Assembly (NCBI GenBank): GCA_963768055.1
Contig: CAVYGN010000001.1
Span: 160,001 to 224,000 of the forward strand
Direction of reading: 5' to 3'
From: an uncultured Spirochaetota bacterium
GTDB taxonomy: Bacteria > Spirochaetota > Brevinematia > Brevinematales > JAOACQ01
Length of the DNA: 64,000 nucleotides
The translations under genes were made by a program, and so were the position numbers. Below the pieces are notes generated by a model. That model was not told where the DNA came from, searched no databases, and worked only from the letters and a program-made list of their open reading frames with translations. Of this stretch, positions 1 to 10,334 are shown in pieces (the stretch's first letter is position 1; every line of letters begins with the position of its first letter).

Positions 1-19
1 TTTCCATACAATTCTCTCC

Positions 20-583
20 TTAAAACGGTTTGCAAAGCAAAAAAAAGAGGAATAAGGATAGCGGTATGGCTTCCCTCAGGGCGTCAATCGCCCGTTTGTA
101 GCTCATTCTGCATGCGGCCTCAGTCTTTCCTGTAAGCTTAGCGATCGTAGAGTAGGGGACTTCGTCCCATACGCGGAAAATTATTATTTCCCGTTCCTGA
201 GGATTCAGATTGTTAAAGCATGGTTTTATTTTTTCCCATAGGGCGCGGTTTTCAGGGTCTACTGTAATGTCAAAACCGTCAGACAAATCCCAGATATTTT
301 CCAGCGGGACGGTTTGTTTCATTTTCCTGAAATGATCCATAAGAGCGTTCCGGGCTATCCCATAAAGCCATGCGGGAAATTCCCCGGCCTCCGGCCGGAA
401 GGCGGGAAGGTTTTCAACAGCTTTTAAAAAAACTGTGCTTGTAATATCCTCGGCGCTTTCACGGGACAGACAGCGGTAATAAGTATAAGAATAAATCTTC
501 CTGAAATATATCCTGTACAATTTCTCGAACGCGCTTTTACTGCCTCCGGCGGCAGCAAGGGCAAGCCTGTCGGCAATTTCCAT
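20..583 (-). CDS. ECF (sigma-70 group 4) RNA polymerase sigma factor
   Basis: Region 2 (AEDITSTVFLKA..F.AWLYGIARNALMDHFRK) and region 4 HTH (YSTIAKLTGKTEAACRMSYKRA) motifs. Confidence 0.9.
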   Translation of the reverse strand: MEIADRLALAAAGGSKSAFEKLYRIYFRKIYSYTYYRCLSRESAEDITSTVFLKAVENLPAFRPEAGEFPAWLYGIARNALMDHFRKMKQTVPLENIWDLSDGFDITVDPENRALWEKIKPCFNNLNPQEREIIIFRVWDEVPYSTIAKLTGKTEAACRMSYKRAIDALREAIPLSLFLFFLLCKPF

Positions 584-670
584 ACCTTTCTCCTCTTACT
601 TTTTTTTGTTTGCAATATGTTTTACGCAACTGAAAGGGAAATGTAACGTAATTTTGAAAATATATTCCCG

Positions 671-1315
671 TTAAAACTGCAGGAGTTCATAAGGGTCCTT
701 GAAAAGCGCCAGGGCTCCGTTCTTTTCAAGCTCTTCACGGCTTCTGAACCCCCACAGGGCCCCTGCCGGGTACATACCCGCCGCTTTGGCGGTCAGGATA
801 TCGACGGATGAATCGCCCAAATAAAGGATTCCCGAAGGATCGATTTTAAGCCCTGCGGAAATGGCGCAGGCGCCCGACGGATCGGGTTTCAGGGGGACCC
901 CGCTTTTTTCTCCCATTACGATTTCGAAATATTTTCCAGGTAAAAGTTTATTAACCATCTTACGGGTTAAAGGGTCCGGTTTGTTCGACAGGACGGCAAG
1001 CTTTACGCCCCGGGAGACAAGAGTTTTTAAGACTTCAGGAATACCCTTATACGGCACAGTTTTCATAAAGCAGCGTCGGCGATATTCCCTCTGCATCATC
1101 TTCAGGGCTCTTCCGATGAGGGCTTCGTCAGACGGCTGCGGCAGGGACCGTATTACCAGGTTTCGAATGCCGTTCCCGACGAAATTCTTATAGAGGGATA
1201 TTGAATGTCCGGGATGGCCGAGCTTTTCAAGGACAAGGTTCATTGAATCGCTCAAATCCTCTATCGTGTCCAGGAGGGTGCCGTCCAGGTCGAATATTAC
1301 CACTTGGAATTTCAT
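671..1315 (-). CDS. HAD-family hydrolase (phosphoglycolate phosphatase-like)
   Basis: DLDGTL motif I, LSNK motif II, KPDP and GDS..D motifs. Confidence 0.88.
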   Translation of the reverse strand: MKFQVVIFDLDGTLLDTIEDLSDSMNLVLEKLGHPGHSISLYKNFVGNGIRNLVIRSLPQPSDEALIGRALKMMQREYRRRCFMKTVPYKGIPEVLKTLVSRGVKLAVLSNKPDPLTRKMVNKLLPGKYFEIVMGEKSGVPLKPDPSGACAISAGLKIDPSGILYLGDSSVDILTAKAAGMYPAGALWGFRSREELEKNGALALFKDPYELLQF

Positions 1316-1549
1316 TGGTTATACTCCAAAAATAATTACAGGGAGGCAGAAACTAAAGAGATTTATGCTTCTTCATAAGTAATATACTTAAACATTCTAT
1401 AAGATAAATTTTTTTATTACAAAAAATGTCAGAAATTCCAGAAACAGCTTTATAAAATAAACAGAAATCCATTTGTTACCATCTGTTTAAATCTGCAGTT
1501 CCTACCCATTAAGTTTTCAAAATAAACGATTATTTTTATTATCGCAAAA

Positions 1550-1567
1550 AATGATTTATAATTCATG
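1550..1567 (+). promoter_or_regulatory. Putative ARG box overlapping the -10 element upstream of argD
   Basis: AATGATTTATAATTCATG resembles WNTGAATWWWWATTCANW and contains TATAAT; lies ~26 nt upstream of argD. Confidence 0.4.
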
Positions 1568-1593
1568 ATACTTTTATTTCAGGCTGGTTTTAT

Positions 1594-2799
1594 ATGAAGG
1601 ACTGGATCGATTATTCGGCGGAATATTTAATACCCTTTTACAATCGCACCCCCATTGCAATAGTCAGGGGTCATGATCACTGGGTCTTTGACTCAAGCGG
1701 CTCAAAATATCTTGATTTTACTTCGGGGATCGGCGTCGTCGGTTTCGGGCATTCAAACCGGAAAATAAACTCGGCTTTAAAAAAACAGCTCGACAGGATT
1801 TCGCATATCTCGAATTTGTTCGTGATTCCCGGACAGGCCGAACTGGCTGAAAAAATCAGCGAAGCGGCTTTTCCCGGCAAGGTATTTTTCTGCAACAGCG
1901 GCGCCGAGGCAAACGAGGCGGCATTGAAAATAGCCCGAATTTGGGGAAACAGGAAAAATACCGTCAAGAACAGGGTGCTGTCTCTTTCAGGCTCCTTTCA
2001 TGGGAGGACGGTTGCGGCTATAACCCTGACCGGGCAGGAAAAGTACAGGCATGGTTTCGAACCCCTCCTGTCAGGCATAGAGTGCGTAGGATTTAACGAT
2101 ACTGCCGAACTCGAAAAGAAAATGGGAGGCGATGTCTGCGCCGTATTTCTCGAAGCTGTGCAGGGTGAAGGAGGGATTAACGCCCTTTCAGGCGAATTCG
2201 TAAAGAAGATAAAGGAGCTGTCAAGGAAATTCGAATCGCTGATAATTTTTGACGAGGTCCAGGCCGGGATTGGAAGGACGGGCAAAAAATTCGGCTACCA
2301 GAACTTTGACATTGAACCCGATCTGATCACAATGGCAAAGGCTTTAGGGAACGGTTTCCCTATTGGCGCCGTACTGGCGACAAAAGAAGTATCCGATGGT
2401 ATGGAAACCGGTATGCACGCCTCGACATTCGGAGGGAATTATCTTGCCTGCGCCGCCGGAATAGCGGTAATGAATGAACTCAATAACGGCCTGCTTGATA
2501 AAATAAACGCGCTTTCCGAATATTTTTTACTGAATCTCGAGAGTTTAAAGAATAAATATCCGGGTTTGATAAGAGAGAACCGCCTGTTCGGCCTTATGAT
2601 CGGAATCGAGCTTGATCCCGGGTATCCTGTAAGGGACGCTGTTAAGGGACTCTTAGACGAGGGCATCCTTGCACTGAGAGCGGGTGAAAATGTCCTCAGG
2701 CTTCTTCCGCCTTTTACTATCGATAAAAAAGAGATCGATCTATTCTGCAAAAAATTGAGCGGATTGCTGGAAACATATAAAATGACCTCAATATATTGA
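1594..2799 (+). CDS. argD: Acetylornithine aminotransferase
   Basis: Class III PLP aminotransferase motifs FCNSGAEANE, SFHGRT, DEVQ.G.GRTG, AKALG.G.PIGA, H.STFGGN. Confidence 0.92.
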   Translation: MKDWIDYSAEYLIPFYNRTPIAIVRGHDHWVFDSSGSKYLDFTSGIGVVGFGHSNRKINSALKKQLDRISHISNLFVIPGQAELAEKISEAAFPGKVFFCNSGAEANEAALKIARIWGNRKNTVKNRVLSLSGSFHGRTVAAITLTGQEKYRHGFEPLLSGIECVGFNDTAELEKKMGGDVCAVFLEAVQGEGGINALSGEFVKKIKELSRKFESLIIFDEVQAGIGRTGKKFGYQNFDIEPDLITMAKALGNGFPIGAVLATKEVSDGMETGMHASTFGGNYLACAAGIAVMNELNNGLLDKINALSEYFLLNLESLKNKYPGLIRENRLFGLMIGIELDPGYPVRDAVKGLLDEGILALRAGENVLRLLPPFTIDKKEIDLFCKKLSGLLETYKMTSIY

Positions 2800-2817
2800 T
2801 CTTGTGGAGGTTTTAAG

Positions 2818-3624
2818 ATGAAAGTAGGTATCGTCGGATGCGGCAATATGGGGAGCGCTCTCATAGCCGGGTTATCCAGAGATAACGCATTTGAAATACA
2901 CATTTTTGATGTCGATGTACTTAAAGAAAAAGAAGCGGTCAACAGGTGGTCCGTCAAGAAGTCGAAAAGCCCTTCGGATTTAGCGGCCGGATGCCCGGTC
3001 CTTATATTGGCGGTAAAACCTCATGATATCGAAAGCGTGCTGAAAGAAATAAAGATAAAATTCGATTCCGGTAAAAAAATCCTGATCTCCATAGCCGCGG
3101 GTATAAGAGTTTCCGCCATGAGGAAATATCTTAAAAAAACCCTCATTGCGAGGGTCATGCCCAATACCCCGGTCCTTGTCGGGGAGGGTGTAGCCGGGAT
3201 TTATTTTGACGGGCCTTTCAATGAAAATGATATTAAAACGGTTATTGATATATTTCATACGATCGGCATTGCTGAAACCGTTAAAAAGGAGGAACTCCTC
3301 GATGCGATCACGGGGCTTTCAGGTTCCGGGCCCGCATATGTCTTTGCTTTTATCAATGCGCTGGCCGACGCGGGCGTTCTCGAAGGACTTCCCAGAGATG
3401 TTTCAAGAAGGCTTGCGGTGTATACCGTCAGCGGGTCGGCCGCAATGGCAGCGGAATCTATAGAAGCCGGCATTCATCTCGAAGAACTAAAGGACAGGGT
3501 TACATCTCCGGCGGGGACCACTGCCGCCGGACTGCTGGCCCTGGAAAAAGGCGCATTCAATGCGACTATCATCAACGCGGTCAGGGCGGCCGTTGCGCGG
3601 TCTAAAGAAATGGGGGAAAATTAG
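2818..3624 (+). CDS. proC: Pyrroline-5-carboxylate reductase
   Basis: GCGNMG, LAVKP, RVMPNTP, GLSGSGPAY, VTSPAGTT motifs. Confidence 0.95.
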   Translation: MKVGIVGCGNMGSALIAGLSRDNAFEIHIFDVDVLKEKEAVNRWSVKKSKSPSDLAAGCPVLILAVKPHDIESVLKEIKIKFDSGKKILISIAAGIRVSAMRKYLKKTLIARVMPNTPVLVGEGVAGIYFDGPFNENDIKTVIDIFHTIGIAETVKKEELLDAITGLSGSGPAYVFAFINALADAGVLEGLPRDVSRRLAVYTVSGSAAMAAESIEAGIHLEELKDRVTSPAGTTAAGLLALEKGAFNATIINAVRAAVARSKEMGEN

Positions 3625-3897
3625 ATGCTTTTTAACATATTGAGGTTCTTATATATATTGTCCCAGATATACTGGTATGTTTTCATGTTTTATATTCTTC
3701 TGAGTTATTTTAACTTGAGCGAGGACAATCCTCTTGTAAAAATCACGGAAAGTATCTGCGCCCCTGTTCAAAGGTTTTTCCTCCGTATACTGCCCCCGAT
3801 CCGGATCGGGATGTTCGATCTATCGCCCATGTATGTTCTCTTGTTTCTCTGGCTTGTCCAGATTTTTCTCCAGCACTTTATGAACCTTTACAGATAA
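3625..3897 (+). CDS. yggT: YggT-family membrane protein
   Basis: Hydrophobic 90 aa with DLSP motif, directly after proC. Confidence 0.8.
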   Translation: MLFNILRFLYILSQIYWYVFMFYILLSYFNLSEDNPLVKITESICAPVQRFFLRILPPIRIGMFDLSPMYVLLFLWLVQIFLQHFMNLYR

Positions 3898-3899
3898 TC

Positions 3900-4193
3900 A
3901 TGATCAGCCAGAAATCAGGCCACATTGTTTTCGATGTTAAGGTCTTTCCCCGGAGCAGCAAAAATAAAGTTATTGTTTCGGGAGAAGATATCTCGGTGAA
4001 AATAAAATCTCCGCCAGCCGAAGGCCTTGCCAACAGGGAACTGATCCGTTTTTTTTCAGATCTTTTATCTATATCTCGGAAAAGCATATCCATTCTAAGA
4101 GGACTAAGCTCAAGAAATAAAGTTATTAAAGCCGAGGGCATTGACAGGGAAGATTTCCTTAATTTGCTGATTAAAAATATGGAAAAGCAATAA
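3900..4193 (+). CDS. DUF167/YggU-family protein
   Basis: VKV.PRSS, PP.EG.AN.ELI.F, I.RG..SR.K motifs; proC-yggT-yggU order. Confidence 0.85.
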   Translation: MISQKSGHIVFDVKVFPRSSKNKVIVSGEDISVKIKSPPAEGLANRELIRFFSDLLSISRKSISILRGLSSRNKVIKAEGIDREDFLNLLIKNMEKQ

Positions 4194-4397
4194 ACTTTTA
4201 TTTTGTGTTAAAATTGTTTTATGAACACCAATAATAACCTCAGGATAGGAAGCATCCATATTGTTATCATATAGAATTGAATAATAAATTGTTAACGTAA
4301 AGTTTGATATTTTTGAATTAGTACCCTTATAATTGTTAATAACTATATTATTTTTTATTTCTTCCGAAAATTAAATCAATATTAAAGAGGTTTTCTG

Positions 4398-5174
4398 ATG
4401 AAGAAAGATCCGATAAAAAAAAGGAAGGCTCTTAACGACTTCGAGGTCATAGCTTTAAAAATTTTATCCCACCTTGCGCTGCAGGATAATATTGATGAAG
4501 ATGTAATCGATCTCCTGAGGGAAATCCAGATGGAGCATTATACCCTGTTGAAGAAATACGAGATCCTGGAAGAAAGAATCAATATCGATAATAAAACATC
4601 CCTCCTCAAATATAATGAAAATTTACTGGTAAATATTGTAAAGGCAATTTCACGTTACTGGCAATCCAGCAGGAAGTCAACCCTTCTTCCTATTTCATAT
4701 CTGAGGATGGACCTCGACGACTTCAGCAAGGTCAATAATATTTACGGGCATGCGGCAGGGGACCTGGTATTGGTGGCGGTCGCCAAGGTGATGAAAAAGG
4801 TTTCACGTCCCACTGACTACCTTTTCAGGTTCGGAGGAGAGGAATTCGATATCGTGCTCCCGGTTACCGACCTAGAAGGCGCATCAAAATATGCACACAA
4901 ACTGCTCGCTAATATACGCAAGATCCGCGTTCCCGCAAGGCTGGGAGAAACTATTAAAATTACCGCCAGCGTAGGCGGATCGACTTTTAACATCAATTAC
5001 ACCGCCGGCGGCCAGATATTTTCAAAGGATATCCTGAAAATGTACCATACGGTCCAAAAACAAGCCGACTGCGCCTGTTATCATGCAAAATCGATGGGAA
5101 AAGACCAGTTTTGCGGTTATAAAAAGGGCATCAATTACGAAAAGATCATGGCGGAATACGGAGCGGATCACTAG
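4398..5174 (+). CDS. Diguanylate cyclase (GGEEF)
   Basis: DLDDFSKVNNIYGHAAGD; RxxD I-site (RPTD) before GGEEF. Confidence 0.9.
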   Translation: MKKDPIKKRKALNDFEVIALKILSHLALQDNIDEDVIDLLREIQMEHYTLLKKYEILEERINIDNKTSLLKYNENLLVNIVKAISRYWQSSRKSTLLPISYLRMDLDDFSKVNNIYGHAAGDLVLVAVAKVMKKVSRPTDYLFRFGGEEFDIVLPVTDLEGASKYAHKLLANIRKIRVPARLGETIKITASVGGSTFNINYTAGGQIFSKDILKMYHTVQKQADCACYHAKSMGKDQFCGYKKGINYEKIMAEYGADH

Positions 5175-5333
5175 GAGACTCAATCACAATACTTATCTTA
5201 ACGAAGTGAATTTTTATCTCACTGGAATCGAAAGGGCTTGTGCTGAAAGCATGAGCTGTAACGGCTCATAAAGGCAAGCACAACTCCCCGCTCCTTGAAA
5301 GTTTAATTACAAAGTAGCTCCTTCTGTCATATT

Positions 5334-7646
5334 CTATTTATTCTTTAAATACAAGGAGCGGGATCGAACAAGTGCTTGCCCTTTCGCCTTCTTTTCATTA
5401 TAAAGATTGGAATCGGCCTCTTCAAAAAGTTCTTCAATTGAATAGTTCTTTCCGGGTACATAGGGCGCTGAACCGATGGAGAAGTCAAGCCTGTACGGTT
5501 TTCCGGATATTTTATTATACCTGCTGATTAAATCCAGCATTCTATTTTTAATTTTATCGAATTCCTGAATGGTTGAATCAATGGCAAGAACCGCGAATTC
5601 GTCCCCGCCCCACCGGCCTATTATATCTGTCTGGCGGAAAGTTTTAAAGAAAATCTTTGACGTTTCAACGATGACGGAATCCCCTTCTTTATGGCCGAAT
5701 GTGTCATTAATAAATTTTAAACCGTCAATATCGATGAAAAACAGCAGGAATTCGCGGGGCCTCCGTTTGGAAAGATCAAGATGCTGACGGGCCAGTGTCA
5801 TAAATCCTCTCCGGTTGTAAAGTCCGGTCAATTCGTCCAGAACTGAAAGCTGTTCGAGTTTTTTATAGGAGTTTTCAAGGGCCCGGAGCGTTTTTTTAAG
5901 CTCCTCTGAAATTTCATTTTCATGTTCCATGAGAAATGCGCCTTTTACAGCTCCGGAGATCTGGCTTCGTAATTCTTCATAGATAATATCGTTGTTCTTA
6001 ATCATGCTGAGCACAATATAACCGAAATGCTCATTTCTCAGGAAAATCGGCATAACAGCCATGCTCATTTGAGTATCCGTATTAAAAAATCCATCCGGTA
6101 TTATTTTATTTGTCTGAATGATCGGTTTTGCATGATTTACACAAGCTCCGTCGCGATAGTCAAGCAGTATAGTAGAGTCAGACGGGATTTCCCATTTTAA
6201 TTTACCGTCCCATCTGATATTTCCTTCATACAGGCATAATAAAAATCTATCTATCCCCAGTAAATTGAACTGGTCAGTCAGTACTTTGACCAATTCTTGA
6301 ATGTTAAGAGTAGAGATAATGGATTGACTGATTAAATGAATCAGGAGTTCCCGATTTTCTATCTTTTTTATTGCATTATACTTAACACGGTTCAGAATTG
6401 TACTATAGAGAACGTGCGCTTTATGTAAAATATCCTCTGTTTTGTTTAATTGCTCAATATCCTTAAGATGCGGGACAATAAGCTTGCGGATTATGATTAA
6501 TGCCTTTTGCCAGAAAGAGATGTCAACCTCTTCTTTTACAAGCTGTTTAAGATTCTTCTCCATGCCATCGAGAAAAAGGCTGCTTTCTGAAGAACCGGCA
6601 ATATCCTGCTTTAATTTTTTTAAAATCCGGCCTATCAATACGGTATGGTCCTGAACTTCTTCGAATGTCTCACTGAAAATTGCCGGATCTAAGTCATCCG
6701 GAATTTCATACTGTATTTCTTCCGGTGATCGGTTCAGATCCGTTTTGAGGGAGACGCTGTTTAAAAGTACATCAAAACAGCCGCATGACTGCCGTATAAC
6801 CAGTTTGGTTGGAAGGGAAACGATTTCCGGAACATCCCTGCCTTCAATGAGCTTGAGCAACAGATCCACAGCGATTTCCGTATGTTTTTTAAACGGCTGA
6901 CGGACTGTAGTGGCCGGAGGATTTGTAAGTTTAACTTCCTCAATATCGTCAAATCCGGTTACTTTAATATCCCGCGGAATATGAAGTTTCATTTTATCAA
7001 GCGCCGCCATAATTCCCAGCAGCATTTCATCATTGGCCGCCATAATCGCGTCCGGTTTCACTTTACGTTTTATGAGCAGTTCTTCAGCACCGCGGAAGCC
7101 TGAATCGAATAAGAAATTTCCTGAAGCAACAAGGGAAGGATTAAATTCAATATTATTTTCTTTCAAAGCCTCTTTATAGGCGGAAAATCTTTTATCGGCT
7201 TCCTGGAATTTTTCCGGACCTTTGATAAAAGCTATTTTTTTTGCGCCGTGACACTTGATAAGATGATTAACGACTTCTTTGATGCCGATCGATTCATCAA
7301 TGATAACGCTGGGTATTCCAGGAACCTCGGATGCGATATTGACTAATGGGATTTTACTAAAACGACTGAGAAATGAGGAATATTCCTCTAAATCAACAAA
7401 AACGGATATAACAGCGTTGGAAATAATTCCATCTATAGAATTTTTATTTACCAGGGAATAAATAATATTGGACTGGGTTTCAAAATCATATGGATAACAT
7501 AGAGGCTTGCCGGGGAAAAACAGAACATTAATATCTCTTTTCCTGCAAACGTCAAAAACGAGAGGCCATATAACGCTTTGGTAAGACCCATTGAACTTGT
7601 TGATGAAAAAAGCGATTGTTTTACGACTGTTTTTTTCCCACCCCAT
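5334..7646 (-). CDS. LacI-type sugar-binding domain fused to a GGDEF diguanylate cyclase
   Basis: N-terminal periplasmic-binding-like fold (ANDEM..G, TGFDD, TTVRQP) without HTH; C-terminal DELTGLYNRR...GGDEF. Confidence 0.88.
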   Translation of the reverse strand: MGWEKNSRKTIAFFINKFNGSYQSVIWPLVFDVCRKRDINVLFFPGKPLCYPYDFETQSNIIYSLVNKNSIDGIISNAVISVFVDLEEYSSFLSRFSKIPLVNIASEVPGIPSVIIDESIGIKEVVNHLIKCHGAKKIAFIKGPEKFQEADKRFSAYKEALKENNIEFNPSLVASGNFLFDSGFRGAEELLIKRKVKPDAIMAANDEMLLGIMAALDKMKLHIPRDIKVTGFDDIEEVKLTNPPATTVRQPFKKHTEIAVDLLLKLIEGRDVPEIVSLPTKLVIRQSCGCFDVLLNSVSLKTDLNRSPEEIQYEIPDDLDPAIFSETFEEVQDHTVLIGRILKKLKQDIAGSSESSLFLDGMEKNLKQLVKEEVDISFWQKALIIIRKLIVPHLKDIEQLNKTEDILHKAHVLYSTILNRVKYNAIKKIENRELLIHLISQSIISTLNIQELVKVLTDQFNLLGIDRFLLCLYEGNIRWDGKLKWEIPSDSTILLDYRDGACVNHAKPIIQTNKIIPDGFFNTDTQMSMAVMPIFLRNEHFGYIVLSMIKNNDIIYEELRSQISGAVKGAFLMEHENEISEELKKTLRALENSYKKLEQLSVLDELTGLYNRRGFMTLARQHLDLSKRRPREFLLFFIDIDGLKFINDTFGHKEGDSVIVETSKIFFKTFRQTDIIGRWGGDEFAVLAIDSTIQEFDKIKNRMLDLISRYNKISGKPYRLDFSIGSAPYVPGKNYSIEELFEEADSNLYNEKKAKGQALVRSRSLYLKNK

Positions 7647-7829
7647 GGCGGATCAAACTCCCCAATAATTGTATTATAAGCCTATCCGGTCAGCGCAGCT
7701 TGGATGGAAAGGCATAAATTATATTAAATCGAGATTTCCCAAATAGCTCATCATTTTACCATGCCTTAACAATTATATCTGGATCAAAACATCTTGTCAA
7801 AAATATAAGTTAATCCGTACTAAATGGTA

Positions 7830-7858
7830 TTGACAAAACGCAAGTGACATGATATAAT
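7830..7858 (+). promoter_or_regulatory. Consensus sigma70 promoter with extended -10
   Basis: TTGACA (7830-7835), 17-nt spacer, TGa-TATAAT (7853-7858). Confidence 0.75.
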
Positions 7859-7871
7859 ATAACATTATATA

Positions 7872-7895
7872 ATGTGACATAATATTATATCACAT
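7872..7895. promoter_or_regulatory. Palindromic operator candidate
   Basis: ATGTGACATAATATTATATCACAT, a near-perfect 24-bp palindrome just downstream of the promoter. Confidence 0.55.
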
Positions 7896-7920
7896 AAAAT
7901 AATTAAGAAAGAAGGAAGAC

Positions 7921-8094
7921 ATGGCAGTCGGGAATTCCGGAAGGATATTGGCGGATATTGATCCGGATCTGAAGAGCGTTTTTTACAAAATGCTCAAAGC
8001 TAGCGGACTTGATTTCAAGACCTGGCTGCTTGACCGGATTAATAAGTTTTTAAATGAAAATGAGAACAAACGGAACAGGCATTTCAAAAAATAA
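7921..8094 (+). CDS. Small (57 aa) putative ribbon-helix-helix DNA-binding protein, not in the ORF track
   Basis: MAVGNSGRILADIDPDLKSVFYKMLKASGLDFKTWLLDRINKFL...; AGGA RBS; follows a consensus promoter. Confidence 0.65.
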   Translation: MAVGNSGRILADIDPDLKSVFYKMLKASGLDFKTWLLDRINKFLNENENKRNRHFKK

Positions 8095-8111
8095 AATCCG
8101 GGAGGGGAGAT

Positions 8112-8351
8112 ATGGATTTTGTTGCGATCGACGGCATTGTGCTGGATGATAATGAGCGGAAAAAATTGCTTAGAGAATTTTATAAAAAAATTCCCAGGGA
8201 TTTGATTTTTCTGGCCCAGGATCTGCTGGCAAAGGGATTTCCCTATCAGCAATGTTCTGCGATTATGGGCGTGAAAGAATCGGATTGCAGGAAAGTGATC
8301 CGGGACTGGCAGGAGTTTTTGGCGGAGCAGATGTCGGCTGTGGCTAATTAG
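8112..8351 (+). CDS. Small hypothetical protein with a possible HTH
   Basis: GGAGGGG RBS; G.PYQQCSAIMGVKESDCRKVIR resembles an HTH. Confidence 0.55.
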   Translation: MDFVAIDGIVLDDNERKKLLREFYKKIPRDLIFLAQDLLAKGFPYQQCSAIMGVKESDCRKVIRDWQEFLAEQMSAVAN

Positions 8352-8422
8352 AATCCTGTTTCACTGTGATCTTTCCCGATAATTCGGATAATATGGAAGG
8401 CATAAAATCCTCCCCCGTTAGT

Positions 8423-9637
8423 TTACTCGAGATTTATTCTGGACGAATGTATCATAATAAGGGCCGGAAGAGCGGCCAGGACCGATACGGCTGCGCCGGC
8501 TCCTGCGGCAGTCCAGACGGATATCGTTCCCGTGTTTATTACTATTTCGAATCCCTGGATTTTTAAAGAAGAAGCATAAACCGGCAGAATGTTCTGCATG
8601 AGGAAAAAACCGCAAAACGCACCTGCGAAACCGATGAGCGAATATTTAAACAAAAGGGACAGCGATATGAAAATACGCGACGCTCCCAGGACCCGGATAA
8701 GGCGGTAATAATCCATCCTGTGAAAAGCGGCGATCATCGTTGAAAATACTACGGCGAAAAGGGCAAGGAGGAGTACGACGTTCATCATCAGGAACAATAT
8801 CGATTCGAATTTTTTTTTAAGCGACAGCATTTCTCCTGATAATGTTTTATCGGTTTCCACCTTAAGCCCGGTTTTTTCAATACGGCCTGCGACTGATAAT
8901 AGGGTGTCGTGGCCGGTTACCGTGACATAAGAACACATATAAGAATCGCCTGAAGCCGGGCCGTTGAATTTAATATTATAATATTTTACCGCCCGGATTG
9001 GGATCACAAGGCATAAGCTTTTTATTTTATCGGTAAAACCTGTCACTCTCGATGTTTCAGTTCCATAGCCTTCAATCTCCTTTACGGATGATTTTCCGAA
9101 TATTATCCGGAGCTCTCTTCCGACAGCCATGCCCGGGGTAATCCTGGGGAGGCCGTTAGGCTCCGCCATACTGTTATTATAAGCTTCGAGCAGTATTTCA
9201 GGTATTAGTACCGGCAGTTCCATCCCGGGTTTCCATTCTTTCCATGCCTTTTTATCATCGGGATCCTTTATGTCTTCCCCGATGAATTCCCCGGGAGCGC
9301 CGATACAGACCAGGTCGGTCTTGTAGTTAAGGCCGAAAAAAGATATTACCGCCTGCATGGGTATTTGGGATGCGATTAACGGGTAAACGGATTTAACCCC
9401 CTTAAGGCTTGATATATAAACGAGAGATTTCCCGTCCTGGCCGGGACCGCTGACTTTGATCATGCCGGGGGGTACGGCTGATTCGAACTTTTTTATTATC
9501 GAATTCTCGACGCTTTTGACAATGCTGGCAAATGAACAGATGGAAAAAGCCGCCGCTGCAGTAACGATGAAAACAACTATCGAGATCAATCCTCCGGACA
9601 GGGTCTCTTTGACGATTAAATAAAGCTTATGGATCAT
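8423..9637 (-). CDS. ABC transporter permease (FtsX/MacB-like)
   Basis: N-terminal TM, large soluble domain, C-terminal TMs with R.LGASR; coupled to an ATPase gene. Confidence 0.75.
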   Translation of the reverse strand: MIHKLYLIVKETLSGGLISIVVFIVTAAAAFSICSFASIVKSVENSIIKKFESAVPPGMIKVSGPGQDGKSLVYISSLKGVKSVYPLIASQIPMQAVISFFGLNYKTDLVCIGAPGEFIGEDIKDPDDKKAWKEWKPGMELPVLIPEILLEAYNNSMAEPNGLPRITPGMAVGRELRIIFGKSSVKEIEGYGTETSRVTGFTDKIKSLCLVIPIRAVKYYNIKFNGPASGDSYMCSYVTVTGHDTLLSVAGRIEKTGLKVETDKTLSGEMLSLKKKFESILFLMMNVVLLLALFAVVFSTMIAAFHRMDYYRLIRVLGASRIFISLSLLFKYSLIGFAGAFCGFFLMQNILPVYASSLKIQGFEIVINTGTISVWTAAGAGAAVSVLAALPALIMIHSSRINLE

Positions 9638-10326
9638 TTACTAAGAGCCTGTTCCTCTAATTTTCCATTATTAATAACATATGACCTGTTGGAACGGGAA
9701 AACATATATTCGTTATGCGTAACTACAAGAACCGATTTACCGGATCCTGCAATATCAAGCAGGAAGCTGTTTATTTCTTCCGCGGTTTCGTTATCCAGGT
9801 TTGCGGTGGGCTCGTCTGCGAGGATCAAATCGGGATTATTGATCATTGCCCTCGCAAGTGCAACTCTCTGCTTCTGCCCTCCGGAAAGAAGGGCTGTCCT
9901 TGTGTATTTATATTCGATTAAACCCAGTTTTTTTAAAAGATCGTCGGAATGATCGAGAGTTTTTCGATTTATACGGCCCAGTATCCGGGCCGGGAGCAAA
10001 ACATTAGACCGGGTTGTTTCATTCGGTAAAAGCCTGAAGGTCTGGAATACAAAACCTATCTTCGCGCTGCGCATCCGCGACGGCATAATATCGAGAAAAT
10101 AAGTGATTCTCCTGCCGTCCAGATATACGGCGCCGAAAGAGGGCTTGGCCAGCCCGGATATTATATTTAACAGGGTAGTTTTACCCGAACCTGATTTTCC
10201 CGTCAGGGATATCAATTCACCCGGTTTTACATCAAGAGTTATCCCGTCGAGGATTTTCTTTTTTATTCCTGCAATCCTGTAGACCTTTTTGATATTCGAC
10301 AACTTGAGCATATAATTTTCCTGCAT
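9634..10326 (-). CDS. ABC transporter ATP-binding protein (LolD/MacB-like)
   Basis: GKSGSGKTT, LSGGQKQR, ILADEPTANLD. Confidence 0.92.
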   Translation of the reverse strand: MQENYMLKLSNIKKVYRIAGIKKKILDGITLDVKPGELISLTGKSGSGKTTLLNIISGLAKPSFGAVYLDGRRITYFLDIMPSRMRSAKIGFVFQTFRLLPNETTRSNVLLPARILGRINRKTLDHSDDLLKKLGLIEYKYTRTALLSGGQKQRVALARAMINNPDLILADEPTANLDNETAEEINSFLLDIAGSGKSVLVVTHNEYMFSRSNRSYVINNGKLEEQALSK

Positions 10327-10334
10327 AATTCCGC

